64,000 nt of DNA from Felis catus (Eukaryota), in NCBI RefSeq assembly GCF_018350175.1, contig NC_058368.1, positions 6,200,001 through 6,264,000 of the forward strand. Direction: 5' to 3'. The position numbers were made by a program, and so were the translations under genes. The stretch's first letter is position 1. The number at the start of each line of letters is the position of its first letter. The notes under the pieces were generated by a model. The model saw nothing but the letters and a program-made list of their open reading frames with translations. It ran no database searches and was not told the origin of the DNA. Shown in pieces: positions 40,671-52,238 of the stretch.

Positions 40671-41124
40671 CTGGTTTTTTTTTTTTTTTATTGGATGCTG
40701 ATATTGTGAATTTTCCTTTGTTGGTTACTAGATCTTATTATATTTGTTTAGTGTTGGATTTGTCCTGGCATACTATTAAATTAACTGGATCTTTTTGATG
40801 CTTGCTTTTAAGCTTGTATATCAGGTCCAGAACTGTGCCTGGGGCTAACTAAGTAGTGATACTAAAGAAATGTCCTGAGAATTCTGCCAGATGCCTCAGC
40901 AACCACTCTGATTGGTAGGAAGATAGACTCTTCTCAGCCCTGCGTAAGTTCCTGGAAGAGGTTTTCTCTGACCTCAGGTAGTGTTCTCTCATGCATGCAC
41001 AGATCAGTACTCAGCAAGAGATTTGACGGGACTCCTCTGCAGATCTCCCAAGCTCCCTCTCTCTGTGCAGTCCCCTGCTCCAATACATGGCCCTGAAATT
41101 TTGGCCACCTTAGCTTCTATGTGT

Positions 41125-41359
41125 ATTTTATTTTATTTTATTTTATTTTATTTTATTTTATTTTAGAGAGGGCTAGCACAAGAGAGTGGGGGGGGGCAGA
41201 GGGAAAGAGAGAGAGAGAGAGAGTGGGAAAGAGAACCCCAAGCAGGCTCCATTGCTCAACACAGAACCTGACATGGGGCTCGACCCACAACCCTGGGACC
41301 AAGACCTGAGCCGAAATCAAGAGTCAAATGCTCAACCGACTGAGCCACACAAGCACCCC
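41125..41359 (-). mobile_element. SINEC with (TTTTA)n tail and 18-bp TSD
   Basis: TSD GCCACCTTAGCTTCTATG at 41104-41121 and 41362-41379. Confidence 0.92.
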
Positions 41360-41576
41360 TAGCCACCTTAGCTTCTATGCAGTGCAGCTTCTATCTGCTC
41401 AACACACACCAACGCCAATAGACCGTATTTGGAGTTCCCTTTCTTGTGTTGGAAACTGCTTTCAAGCAGTAAGCTCACGCAAGAGTAAAACTCACTTTGT
41501 GCTGCCTGTTCTCTGATGTCTGAAAAACACATTTTTGAATATATTTGGTCCAATTTTCAAATTGTTTAAGGAGGAG

Positions 41577-41830
41577 GGGTCTCTAACGGTTCTTTGGTTC
41601 GAGCCCTATGTTAGGCTCTGTGCTGACAGCACGGAGGCTGCTTGGGATTCTCTCCCCCTCTCTCTCTGCCCCTCCCCTGCTCTCTCTTGCTGTCTCAAAG
41701 TAAATAAAATTAATGGGCATCGACGAGGGCCCTTGTTGGGATGAGCACTGGGTATGGTAGGTAAGCCAATTTGACAGTAAATTATATTAAGATAAATAAG
41801 TAAGTAAATAAATAAACTTAAATTTTAAAA
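41577..41830 (+). mobile_element. Internally deleted SINEC with a short L1 3' fragment in its tail
   Basis: SINE body 41595-41700; L1 piece TGGGCATCGACGAGGGCCCTTGTTGGGATGAGCACTGGG; outer repeat TTGTTTAAGGAGGA. Confidence 0.8.
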
Positions 41831-42098
41831 ATTTGTTTAAGGAGGAAGGGTAAATCTGGTCCTATTGTTCCATCGTGGCTGGAAGCAGAAGTCACAGCTG
41901 GAGACAGTTTGGTAGATGGAGAAAACATTGAGCAGATTCACAAGATTTATTAGAATTGTGATGTAAGTGAGTTCGATATTGACAAGACAGTCAATACATT
42001 TTCCTAAAACTTGTGTACATGTCCAAACATCTGGTTTGGCAATCTGGTATATAATGTGATCCTCTGGTTTCCCAATGAGAAGATGAAAAAAAGAAAAG

Positions 42099-42140
<42 letters not shown>

Positions 42141-42151
42141 GACAGATATAT

Positions 42152-42221
<70 letters not shown>

Positions 42222-42242
42222 GATAGAGACAGATAGATATAT

Positions 42243-42277
<35 letters not shown>

Positions 42278-42294
42278 GATAGAGACAGATATAT

Positions 42295-42333
<39 letters not shown>

Positions 42334-42416
42334 GATAGATAGATAGATGATAGAGACAGATATATGATAGATAGATGATAGATAGATAGATAGATAGATA
42401 GATGATAGAGACAGAT

Positions 42417-42447
<31 letters not shown>

Positions 42448-42464
42448 GATAGAGACAGATATAT

Positions 42465-42553
<89 letters not shown>

Positions 42554-42579
42554 GACAGATATATGATAGATAGATAGAT

Positions 42580-42622
<43 letters not shown>

Positions 42623-42643
42623 GATAGAGACAGATAGATATAT

Positions 42644-42686
<43 letters not shown>

Positions 42687-42703
42687 GATAGAGACAGATA
42701 TAT

Positions 42704-42788
<85 letters not shown>

Positions 42789-42799
42789 GACAGATATAT

Positions 42800-42884
<85 letters not shown>

Positions 42885-42895
42885 GACAGATATAT

Positions 42896-42976
<81 letters not shown>

Positions 42977-42987
42977 GACAGATATAT

Positions 42988-43030
<43 letters not shown>

Positions 43031-43047
43031 GATAGAGACAGATATAT

Positions 43048-43078
<31 letters not shown>

Positions 43079-43106
43079 GAGAGAGACAGATAGATATATG
43101 ATAGAT

Positions 43107-43137
<31 letters not shown>

Positions 43138-43194
43138 GATAGAGACAGATAGAAAGATAGATGATAGATAGATAGATGATAGAGACAGATATAT

Positions 43195-43241
<47 letters not shown>

Positions 43242-43262
43242 GATAGAGACAGATAGATATAT

Positions 43263-43305
<43 letters not shown>

Positions 43306-43337
43306 GAGAGAGACAGATAGATATATGATAGATAGAT

Positions 43338-43380
<43 letters not shown>

Positions 43381-43450
43381 GATAGAGACAGATAGAAAGA
43401 TAGATGATAGATAGGCAGGCAGACAGACAATAGACAGACAGACATAGATA
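42099..43450. repeat. 1.35 kb compound (GATA)n satellite
   Basis: (GATA)n runs punctuated by GAT and GAGACAGATATAT spacers; ends in GGCA/GACA variants. Confidence 0.98.
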
Positions 43451-44039
43451 TCCTTTAAGAGATGGAGATGGAATTAACTACACATACTTATAAAGTTCAA
43501 TTTAGTTACACATATTTAAAACTACACATTACATAAACTAACATTATTTTAGAATATTGCCTCTTCTCACTAGAAGGAAATTATCCATTCTCTCATATGC
43601 ATCTTTGACTTGATGAGCAATTTTGTCATTGCTATAATTTCTTTTTAAGTTATCTAAACATCATTTTTATGTCACTTGAAATTGTATGAGATACAGCATT
43701 TTTTTTCTTTTTTATGTATATCACTCTCACTGGACATTTTACCCGGGCCACAAGTACTCATTCACATCACAAGAAATGGCTTGTCTGGCACTTGTTTTTG
43801 TTTATTTGTTTGTTTTCATTCAGCAGTCACCACATGCAAAATACTTTGTGGCTTTTGTAAGTGATTTTTATAAGACTTGTTTACAGTATATCCAATAATT
43901 CTAACTGGGTGTGTCAGACCCCCAAAGGTAATCACTAAATACTCAACTTGGTCAATTGCTTTGTCTCTGTTTTTAAAAATCCATTCCATCAGGTGACCTC
44001 TCTAATCATCCCAAACTAGCATTTTAAGATCATGTTAAT

Positions 44040-44245
44040 GTTTTTTTAACGTTTATTTATTTTTGAGACAGAGAGAGAGCATGAATGGGGGAGGGACAGA
44101 GAGAGAGGGAGACACAGAATCAGAAGCAGGCTCCAGGCTCTGAGCCATCAGCCCAGAGCCCGATGTGGGCTCGAACTCACGGACCGCGAGATCGTGACCT
44201 GAGCTGAAGTCGGATGCTTAACCGACTGAGCCACCCAGGCACCCG
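44040..44245 (-). mobile_element. SINEC_Fc young
   Basis: Typical body; AGATCAT flanks. Confidence 0.92.
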
Positions 44246-44259
44246 GAGATCATTTTAAA

Positions 44260-44470
44260 CTAGAGTTGCAAGATAAAAAATACAGGTGTCCACTTAAATT
44301 TGAATTTCAGATAAACAGTAAATTTTAGTATAATTGCCCCAAATATTGTATGAAACCTACATGCATTACAAAAAAAAAGGTATTTGTCTGAAATTCCAAT
44401 TTAACTGGTCATACAGAATGTCCACCTGAAATAAAAATACAGACTTTTATTGGCTAAATCTGGCAATTCT
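44260..44470. mobile_element. MER53-like palindromic MITE
   Basis: TAGAGTTGCAAGATAAAAAATACAGG...TTAAATTTGAATTTCAGATAAACA / TTTGTCTGAAATTCCAATTTAACTGG...CTAAATCTGGCAATTCTA inverted arms. Confidence 0.75.
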
Positions 44471-44489
44471 ATTTTATTTTCTTTATCAA

Positions 44490-44962
44490 TTTTTTTAAAT
44501 TGAGTATAGTTAACACACAATGTTACATTAGTTTCAGTTGTTAGACGTAGTGATTTGACAATGGTACACTTTATGCCGTACTTAGGACAAGTGTAGGTAC
44601 CAGGCATCCCATACAACAGTACTACAATGTCATAGACTATGTTCCCTGTGTTGTGCATTTCATCTTCCTGACTTATTCATTCCATAACTGGAAGCCTGTA
44701 CCTCCCACTCCCCTTCACCCATTTTGCCCATCCCCCCACCCCTGGCAAACATCAGTCTGTTCTCTGTATTTATAGGTCTGTTTCTGCTTTTTTGTTTGTT
44801 CATTTGTTTTGTTTTGTTTTTTAGATTCTACATGTGAGTTAAATCATATGTGATATTTCTCTTTCTCTAACTTACTTCACTTAGCATAATACCCTCTAGG
44901 TCCATCCATGTTATTGCAAATGGTAAGATCTCATTCTTTTTTATGGCCAAATGACATCCCAT

Positions 44963-45004
<42 letters not shown>

Positions 45005-45032
45005 ACATCTTTATCCATTCATCTGTTGATGA
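44490..45032 (-). mobile_element. Carnivore L1 3' end with (CA)n
   Basis: CACTTAGCATAATACCCTCTAGGTCCATCCATGTT, TGTTACATTAGTTTCAG. Confidence 0.88.
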
Positions 45033-45616
45033 TACAACCCTGTTTTGGATCCAGGTCCTCCTTGGAAAATCTTTATAAGATGTTGCTTATCAGATGATTC
45101 CTTCTCTTTTGAGTGATAATATTGAAAAACCATCTCATTTTATACTTGGGCATAAACAATAATTTTCACCATCATTTTCTTCCTAAGTACTAATATCATA
45201 AGCACTCTAGACTGTATTTCCAAGCATTTTCCCTTGGTGGGGGGTAGAAATTAATTCAGAGAACCAAATATTAGAAGACCGTGTTCACCCATTTTCTGAA
45301 TATTCCACCAGAACCCACATGACTAATTAAAGTACTACAATATTCATGAACACAGGTTTGGGCTAGGTGAGTGCGTTCATTTTTCTTTTCACGTTTTCAG
45401 GTTTTTTTTTATCTGAGATTTCGGAATACCAGAATTTTTCAGAGGTAAATGTTATCTTTAACATCACTATCCTGACCCCCCCCCCCCCCGAGATTGCAGG
45501 TATCCCCTAAGCCACACACACTTGTGAGGCAATTTAGATGGCAAATGGTTGTATCTGTGAAGAAATCTAGGATTAAAGAATTCCTTCGGTCAAAATGACT
45601 TTTAAAAAAAAGTGTT

Positions 45617-45832
45617 GGGGCGCCTGGGTGGCGCAGTCGGTTAAGCGTCCGACTTCAGCCAGGTCACGATCTCGCGCTCCGTGAGTTCGAGCCCCGCGTT
45701 GGGCTCTGGGCTGATGGCTCAGAGCCTGGAGCCTGTTTCTGATTCTGTGTCTCCCTCTCTCTCTGCCCCTCCCCCGTTCATGCTCTGTCTCTCTCTGTCC
45801 CAAAAATAAAGAAACGTTGAAAAAAAAATTTT

Positions 45833-45862
<30 letters not shown>
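45617..45862 (+). mobile_element. Young SINEC_Fc with (AAAT)n tail
   Basis: GGGGCGCCTGGGTGGCGCAGTCGGTTAAGCGTCCGACTTCAGCCAGG; TSD AAAAGTGTT. Confidence 0.94.
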
Positions 45863-45864
<2 letters not shown>

Positions 45865-46736
45865 AAGTGTTAAGGAGTGAACAAAACTAATCGTATTTTC
45901 TTCATTTGTTCTTAGCATAGTAACAATAATGCTTTCATTTCCCCTGCTGTATCATTTAGAAAGAGTAATTCAGTTTACCTCACTACTGTGGAATCCTGGT
46001 GGGGTGTCACATCTTTAATAACTTAACTTGTTCTGTCACTTTATTAAGTTAGGGGGGAAAAATAACATTTGCTACTTTGGATCCTGTTTTAGAATCCATG
46101 AAAAAGTGTTAAGTTCCTTCGTGCCTCCTGAATATCCTCAGTTAATACCAAATTGTACCCAGCTTGAAGCATTTCCTGTGATTCAGAAAAGCATTTTTGT
46201 TCTGTCCCCAAGGATACAAATTGGAAACAAAGTGATTAAACAAAACAAAACAAAACAAAAAAACTTGGAAGTAACACAATAAAACATCCCTAGGAGGCAT
46301 GAGAATCTTACATTAAGCCGTTGGTAGGTTTCGAATCCTGCCCAGATGTGCTGAAAATATCCTTCGCGCACAGTGAAAATCTCCACTGCCCTCTTTAAAT
46401 GAGTGATTTTCCCTTTCTTTCTTTCCTCTTCCCTTTTTGACACAGATGACTTTGCTGTTCTGGGGGAAATCAGAGCGCTCCCTGCCTCTGAGGCTGATGC
46501 ACTGAGGAGGTCAAGGCTGCTTGCTCCAGCAACTTCTTCACACCCGGGCTTAGAAGGAATTTCTCCCAGCACATTCCTATCCCTAAAGAACACCCTTGCT
46601 TCCCATTCCAGAACAATGCTTTCTCTGCCAGCCAGCCCGTTGATACTAACCAGAGCTTGACCCAGTTCCTCACCCGCACTTTTACATTTCACATGTGCTA
46701 AGTCGAGCATCCTTAAAGAGAGATTTAAAAAAAAAA

Positions 46737-46910
46737 TTTTTTTTTAATGTGTATTTATTTTTGAATGAGAGAGAGAGTCAAGAGTGCGAGCAGGAGAGGC
46801 AGAGAGAGTTGTCAGCGCAGAGCCCGAAGCGGGGCTGGAACCCACAAACCTTGAGATCATGACCTGAGCCAAAGTCAGATGCTTAACCGACTGAACCACC
46901 CAGGCACCCC
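46737..46910 (-). mobile_element. SINEC A (internally deleted)
   Basis: TSD AAAGAGAGAYTT at 46715 and 46911. Confidence 0.9.
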
Positions 46911-46985
46911 AAAGAGAGACTTTTTTTTTAAAAAAACATCATTGATGCAACAAATGGCATTTCCTTCAGGCTTTTCTTTTTCCAT

Positions 46986-47197
46986 TTTTTTTTAATGTTT
47001 ATTGATTATTTTTGAGAGAGACAGAGAGAGTAAGAGCAGGGGAAGGGCAGAGAGAGACGGAGACACAGAATCCGAAGCAGGCTCCAGGCTCCGAGCTGTC
47101 AGCCCAGAGCCCGAAGCGGGGCTCGAACCCACAAACCATGAGATCATGACCTGAGCCGAAGTCGGACGCTTAACCGACTGAGCCACCCAGGCGCCCC
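46986..47197 (-). mobile_element. SINEC B
   Basis: Full SINE body with non-matching flanks. Confidence 0.92.
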
Positions 47198-47270
47198 AAA
47201 GAGAGATTTTTTTTTAAAACATTATTAATTCAACAAATGGCATTTCCTTCAGGCTTTTGTTTTTCCATTC

Positions 47271-47500
47271 TTTTTTTGTTTAAAAAAGTTTTTTTTAACG
47301 TTTATTTTATTTTTGAGACAGAGAGAGACAGAGCATGAACGGGGGAGGGGCAGAGAGAGAGGGAGACACAGAATCGGAAGCAGGCTCCAGGCTCCGAGCC
47401 ATCAGCCCAGAGCCCGACGCGGGGCTCGAACTCACGGGCCGTGAGATGGTGACCTGAGCTGAAGTCGGACACTTAACCGACTGAGCCACCCAGGCGCCCC
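47271..47500 (-). mobile_element. SINEC C (young)
   Basis: TSD TG(T/G)TTTTCCATTCTT at ~47258 and 47501. Confidence 0.92.
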
Positions 47501-48879
47501 TGGTTTTCCATTCTTACAGGCAAGTACCCTCGGAACCAAAGTGTTTACAGTATTCTCTCTCATCCAGTAATTACCAAGCCAACTTCAAAAATGCCCGGCA
47601 GTCTCGGTCTTCCTTTACAGCTCGATTTCTTTCACTGCGTTTTCTACTGAATGATGATGTGTGGTTTCTGAAAACGGACCGTTCACTCCTTGCCCGAGGA
47701 AATGGCACATGTTCTGGAGAAGAAGTGTGGAAGACAGAGACCCAGACTGATTTCCGACCTAAGCTGGGCTCTTGGGGCAGCACTGGGGCACAGATCAGTC
47801 TGCTTCCCTGTGGCTCAGGGTCAGCGGGGGGACCAGATCCAAACAGGCAGGCTCGGGGCTGGCACCTTTCCAGAGTTCCAGGAGCCATCAGTGGGGGTGA
47901 GCGGAGTCTTCTAGGGGGTCTGGGATGGGACTCACGTGAGCTCACGACACCCCCTTTCTACTGACATTACCCGCCCACCCTCTGTGAGCTTCATAGGAGC
48001 AGGAACCGGCCTTACGTACCTCCCCACTGGCCCGGCGGCCTGCAGAGCGGTCCCTTGATGGTTAAGCGTAGGTTAAACTGCTTCATCCGGGAAGACGATG
48101 TTTAGGGCTACAGTTTCCAGTCGGCTTTTCCTCAACTCCCAGCCGAGAGCAGAACGGGAGGGGGGATGGCAGGAGGAGACAGTGGCGTGGCACTGAAACT
48201 TCAACGAAGTCAAAGGTCTTAACTTTAACGGTTATTTTAAGTGGGTCTGGACTGCTGTTTCTTTTCCTGGGCGGAGCTGCTTAGCCATTTCAATTTTTGA
48301 TATCTGCTAAAAGCATTGAACGTTTTCAAGCACAGTCAAGTACTTGCCCTACCGTGGCCCGGAAAGAAAGAAGTAGGAACGAGATTTCCCTGACTCCTGC
48401 CCCCTCACAGAGCTCTGGACCACACAGGGGCCCTTTGATCTGCCGACCTTAGAACACGTTGGGTTTCTTGGGTTACAAAAAAGAGCATTTTGCTCCCTCT
48501 GCATCCACGACCTTCTTCCTTCCTTCCTTCCTTCCAATCCCGTGATACCAGGGCGTTTGAGCGGAAGTGGAAATGAAACATGCGACCAACTCTGTGCTTG
48601 ACATAAGGACCTTGAAGTGACCCGGAGGCCAGTGTCACCATCCTTCCCATTTTTCCTGCCTACCTTTCTGTCGCTTACCGGGTGCCAGGCCACCACGTCC
48701 CCAGTCCCGCTCCTGTCACGGGAGTAACAGTATCAAGGGTAGGAAACATGTCCCCCTGTGTCCCAACCACCAGCTCACTTGCCTGTATCCTCACTAACTC
48801 GGGTCTCCGTAAGTGAGCTCGGCACCTAGCACTCTGTAAGCACGTAATACGTTCCGTGAAGACAAGGGGTGAGTCCTTC

Positions 48880-49090
48880 AACTTCCTAAGTGCTTTCTAT
48901 ATGTCAGCCCCCACCTCACCATCTGTCTTAATCCTCCCCACAATCTCAGGGCACAGACATTATTATTATTACTCCCGTTCGCCACACGACGAGGCTGGTG
49001 TTTCAGAGGTTTGCATCTTGCCCAAGACGCACAGCTCTCAGGCAGAGCCGGGATTCAATTTCGGCCTCTCTTCCCCTACAGCTTTCGTCT
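48880..49090 (-). mobile_element. MIR
   Basis: TTAATCCTCCCCACAA...ATTATTACTCCC...CTTGCCCAAGACGCACAGCT...GCAGAGCCGGGATTCAA. Confidence 0.7.
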
Positions 49091-49199
49091 TTACCTCCAC
49101 AGTGGATCAGTGAGCCCACGACGCCCCCATTGAGTCCCGGAGGGAGGCAGGAAGGGGAGCAGCGATTGGGACGAAGCCGATGCTCAGGGTGGCAGAGGG

Positions 49200-49580
49200 G
49201 AGACCGCCAGAAGTTGGGGCTGGATGTGGACCTACCAGCCTGGCAGCCTGTTCCCCTCTGGACTTTCCAGTTACGTAGAAAATAAATATCCTTGGGGCGC
49301 CTGGGTGGCTCAGTCGGGTAAGCATCTGCCTTTGGCCCAGGTCGTGATCTCATGGTTCGTGAGTTGAAGCCCCGCATCCGGCTCTGTGCTGACAGCACGG
49401 AGCTCATGTCAGATCCTCTGTCCCCTTCTCTCTCTGCCCCTACCCAGCTCTCTCTCTGTCTCTCAAAAATAAATAAACTTTAAAAAAAAAAAAAAAAAAG
49501 GAAAGAAATGTCCTTACTCTTTAAGCCATTGTGAGTTGATTTTTTTTGCTCTTTGCAATGAAAAATACTCATCGATACAC
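49200..49580 (+). mobile_element. MLT1-like (ERVL-MaLR) LTR 3' part split by SINE
   Basis: GGACTTTCCAGTTACGTAGAAAATAAAT | TTTAAGCCATTGTGAGTTG...TTGCAATGAAAAATACTC..GATACA. Confidence 0.6.
49294..49499 (+). mobile_element. SINEC_Fc
   Basis: Head and poly-A; TSD-like AAATRTCCTT. Confidence 0.92.
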
Positions 49581-51102
49581 TGGACGAGCTACGTCTGGGA
49601 TTCTTCACCCACTACTGCTCTTTCTCCTTACTAATTATTTACTGATATGCTTCTTTTCTATGGGAACATGTTCTTTAATGAAAATTGTAATCGCTATTTA
49701 TCGTGTACCCGTTGGAGATCAAGCTACATCCACCAATTAGCTTTCTGCAGATTAAAAATGTGTTCACATGCCTTTGTGGGTTTTTTTTTTTTTTGTCAGT
49801 TTTCTTTTTCCATCATTTAACGTCTGTGTTTATTTCATGCCCCTAAGAGTTTATGCCAGCGTCTGGCTCTTCATGGAGAAAGAGGTAACATTGATTTCTT
49901 GGTGGTGCATTGCAAGCATAACCCTCTGATCACAAAGCCCTTTATCACCCATTCCCAAGCTAATTGATTTCTTTGAGAGCTGAACAATCCCAGCCTTGTG
50001 GGAAGAGAGTCTCCCACATTCGGAGAGCAGTGGCTGGTTTAGAAACGCTCTGTCTTTGTCCCAGACGAAGTCTCTTCCGCATCCTTGATTATGTCTAAAT
50101 GATGCTCTTATCCTTAAACAGAGCCCACTTTCTCAGTCCACCAGGAAGCGCTGATTTGTTTAGCAGCCTCAGGGACGGCAGGAAGCGGCGGTCCACAGGC
50201 CAATCACACAGCCAGGTGAGCCGCCACCGAGCTCTGGCTTGGGAGAAAGCGGCTTTAAAGGCTGAAAGGGTTTGGTGTCATGCCAACCTGTTTACTAAAG
50301 CATCTGCACAGCCTGCCTGGGAAATTGGACAGGCAGGCGATGCTGAATGCTTCCAAATGGGGACACTTGAGGTAGCTGTAATTGTCCCAGCCAGGGGGGA
50401 CAATCATGAGGGGACAGTGCCCATGGTGTGCGTGACCTCGGTGGATGCAGGCCTTTGCAGCAACCACAGCACTCAGGGGTGGACCAAGGATTAATGAGAA
50501 TGACTGCGTATGTCTGTTGGGTAGGTGGGTGGAGAAAGGTGGTCTGATAATATTCTAAGTCCGCTAAACTGGCTTCTTACTCAGAGAAGTATCATTAGAA
50601 TTCCTTTCCCCAAAGTGAGAATTTTTATAATTCAGGCATCCCGTTGGTAAACACGGGGGCTTCAAGAAACAAGCCCACCTCGGGGGCTGGGAAGCCTTGG
50701 AGCAGAGAGTCTCAGCTTCTGAGATGCCTTCAAAGGAGTCCCACACATCCGGGACCGAATCCCACTCAGCCCCCGGAGAGTGACAGGATGGCACCCTGAG
50801 CTCCCTCCTTCGCTAAGTGCCCCTCCTGGCTTGTTCCACTTGCATTTCCCAACCCCCCCCCCCCCACTGTGACGGGCACAATCATATCGCATTGTATCTG
50901 TGCAGGCAGGATAAAGTCATTAATTTGTTCAACGGTGAACATTTAAAATATGTCAATATTTTTGTAACTGCTTTGGCATCTCTTTATTTGTTAATATATT
51001 GAGTGAGTGTATGTGGGGGGGTGGGGGGGGGGTTGGTCCTGGACTTTTTCAACCTCAGCTTCTGCCGGCCTGGATATCAAAGGTCCTCAGGTGGAAAGGG
51101 GG

Positions 51103-51235
51103 CCTTGCTTCTCCAAGTGTGGCCCCTGGGCCAGGACATCTGCATCACCTGGAACTTGTGCAACACACAGAACCTGCCTTTCAACAAGGTCGCCAGGTGA
51201 TTTCTAAGCACTCTGAAAGTTCCAGAAGCACAGCC
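51103..51235. mobile_element. MER5A-like, internally deleted
   Basis: GCTTCTCCAAGTGTGGCCCC...CATCACCTGGAACTTGT...TTCAACAAGGTCGCCAGGTGATTTC. Confidence 0.6.
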
Positions 51236-51534
51236 ATAGGCAAGACAAGGAGAAAGTGAGTCAACAACCATAGGCTCTGGCCTGATGACAGCACCCCGTC
51301 CTCCGTCTCTGGGCGCCCTGTGTCAGGCACAGTCTTCAGCTCAGCTCCGAGGGCTCTGTCACCTTTGCTGCTGCGTTTGGGGTTAAGGAGTGAGCACCTT
51401 CTGATGTGAGGCCCAGAGCTCCCCCGGAGGAAGGGGAAGGTCCCACAGCTGGGACCGTACTCAATTATCACCAGCATCTTTTAAATCTCGTCAACAAAAC
51501 ATTTATGGACGTTAGTTTTCTTTCTTGTTTCACA

Positions 51535-51755
51535 AATCAAACTTACAGAGACAAAGTAGAAGGGCGGTTGCCAGGGGCTGGGGGAAGAGGGGGACTCGGG
51601 AGTTGGTGTTTAATGGGGACGGAGCGTCGGTTTGGGAAGATTACCTGGACGTGGATGGTGGTGATGGCTGCTCAAGGAAAATGTCCTCAATGTCCCTGGA
51701 ATGCATATTTAGAAATGGTTGATCGTAAATCTTACGTATTCTACCACAAAAAAAT
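51535..51755 (+). mobile_element. L1MB/MC-like 3' end fragment
   Basis: AGAGACAAAGTAGAAGGGCGGTTGCCAGGGGCTGGGG...GATGGTGGTGATGGCTGC...TTCTACCACAAAAAAA. Confidence 0.8.
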
Positions 51756-52238
51756 GAAACACTGGAGATCAATCAGTGGGACCCTCTGGCCGACTGCATG
51801 CGGGGGTGGAGGCCGAGAAAGAGAGGGAGGCCTAGACAGCGCTCCCCCAGAGGCTGCGGAACAGTCCCACAGCCACCTACAGCAGGTCTCCTGCCCCCCG
51901 GAAATGCTAGCGCCCCTGGGCCAAGTGACGGAAGGGCGGCGCTGCCCTGGTCAGCGTGGCCTGTGCGGGCTGGGGCCCACTCGTGGCCCCGCGCAGAGTC
52001 AGACGCCCCCTGCCCCTCGAGCCCTCGAGAAGGCGCGGCCCTCCACTGTGCAGAGAGAACGGGGCAGGTCTGTGTGCAGAGCTGCGCCCAGGGGCAGGAG
52101 GCTGGCTCCACGCGTGGCCCCAGGGCCTCCGTGACCCGGGCCCACGCCCCCAGACGATACCGGCCCTCAGCCACACACGCCTGCGCCTGTCCTGCTCCCA
52201 GGCTCGGGCCTCCCCAGGGAAGGGGCAGGGGCACGAAG

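Noticed and set aside
41991..43445. 484-aa minus-strand ORF (SIYL repeats)
   Set aside because: (TCTA)n has no stop codon in any frame; translation artefact of the GATA array.
42099..43450. CRISPR-like repeat/spacer array
   Set aside because: The intervening sequence is itself (GATA)n rather than unique spacers; eukaryotic context, no cas genes.
45617..45700. tRNA-like A/B boxes at SINE heads
   Set aside because: tRNA-derived SINE promoters, not tRNA genes.
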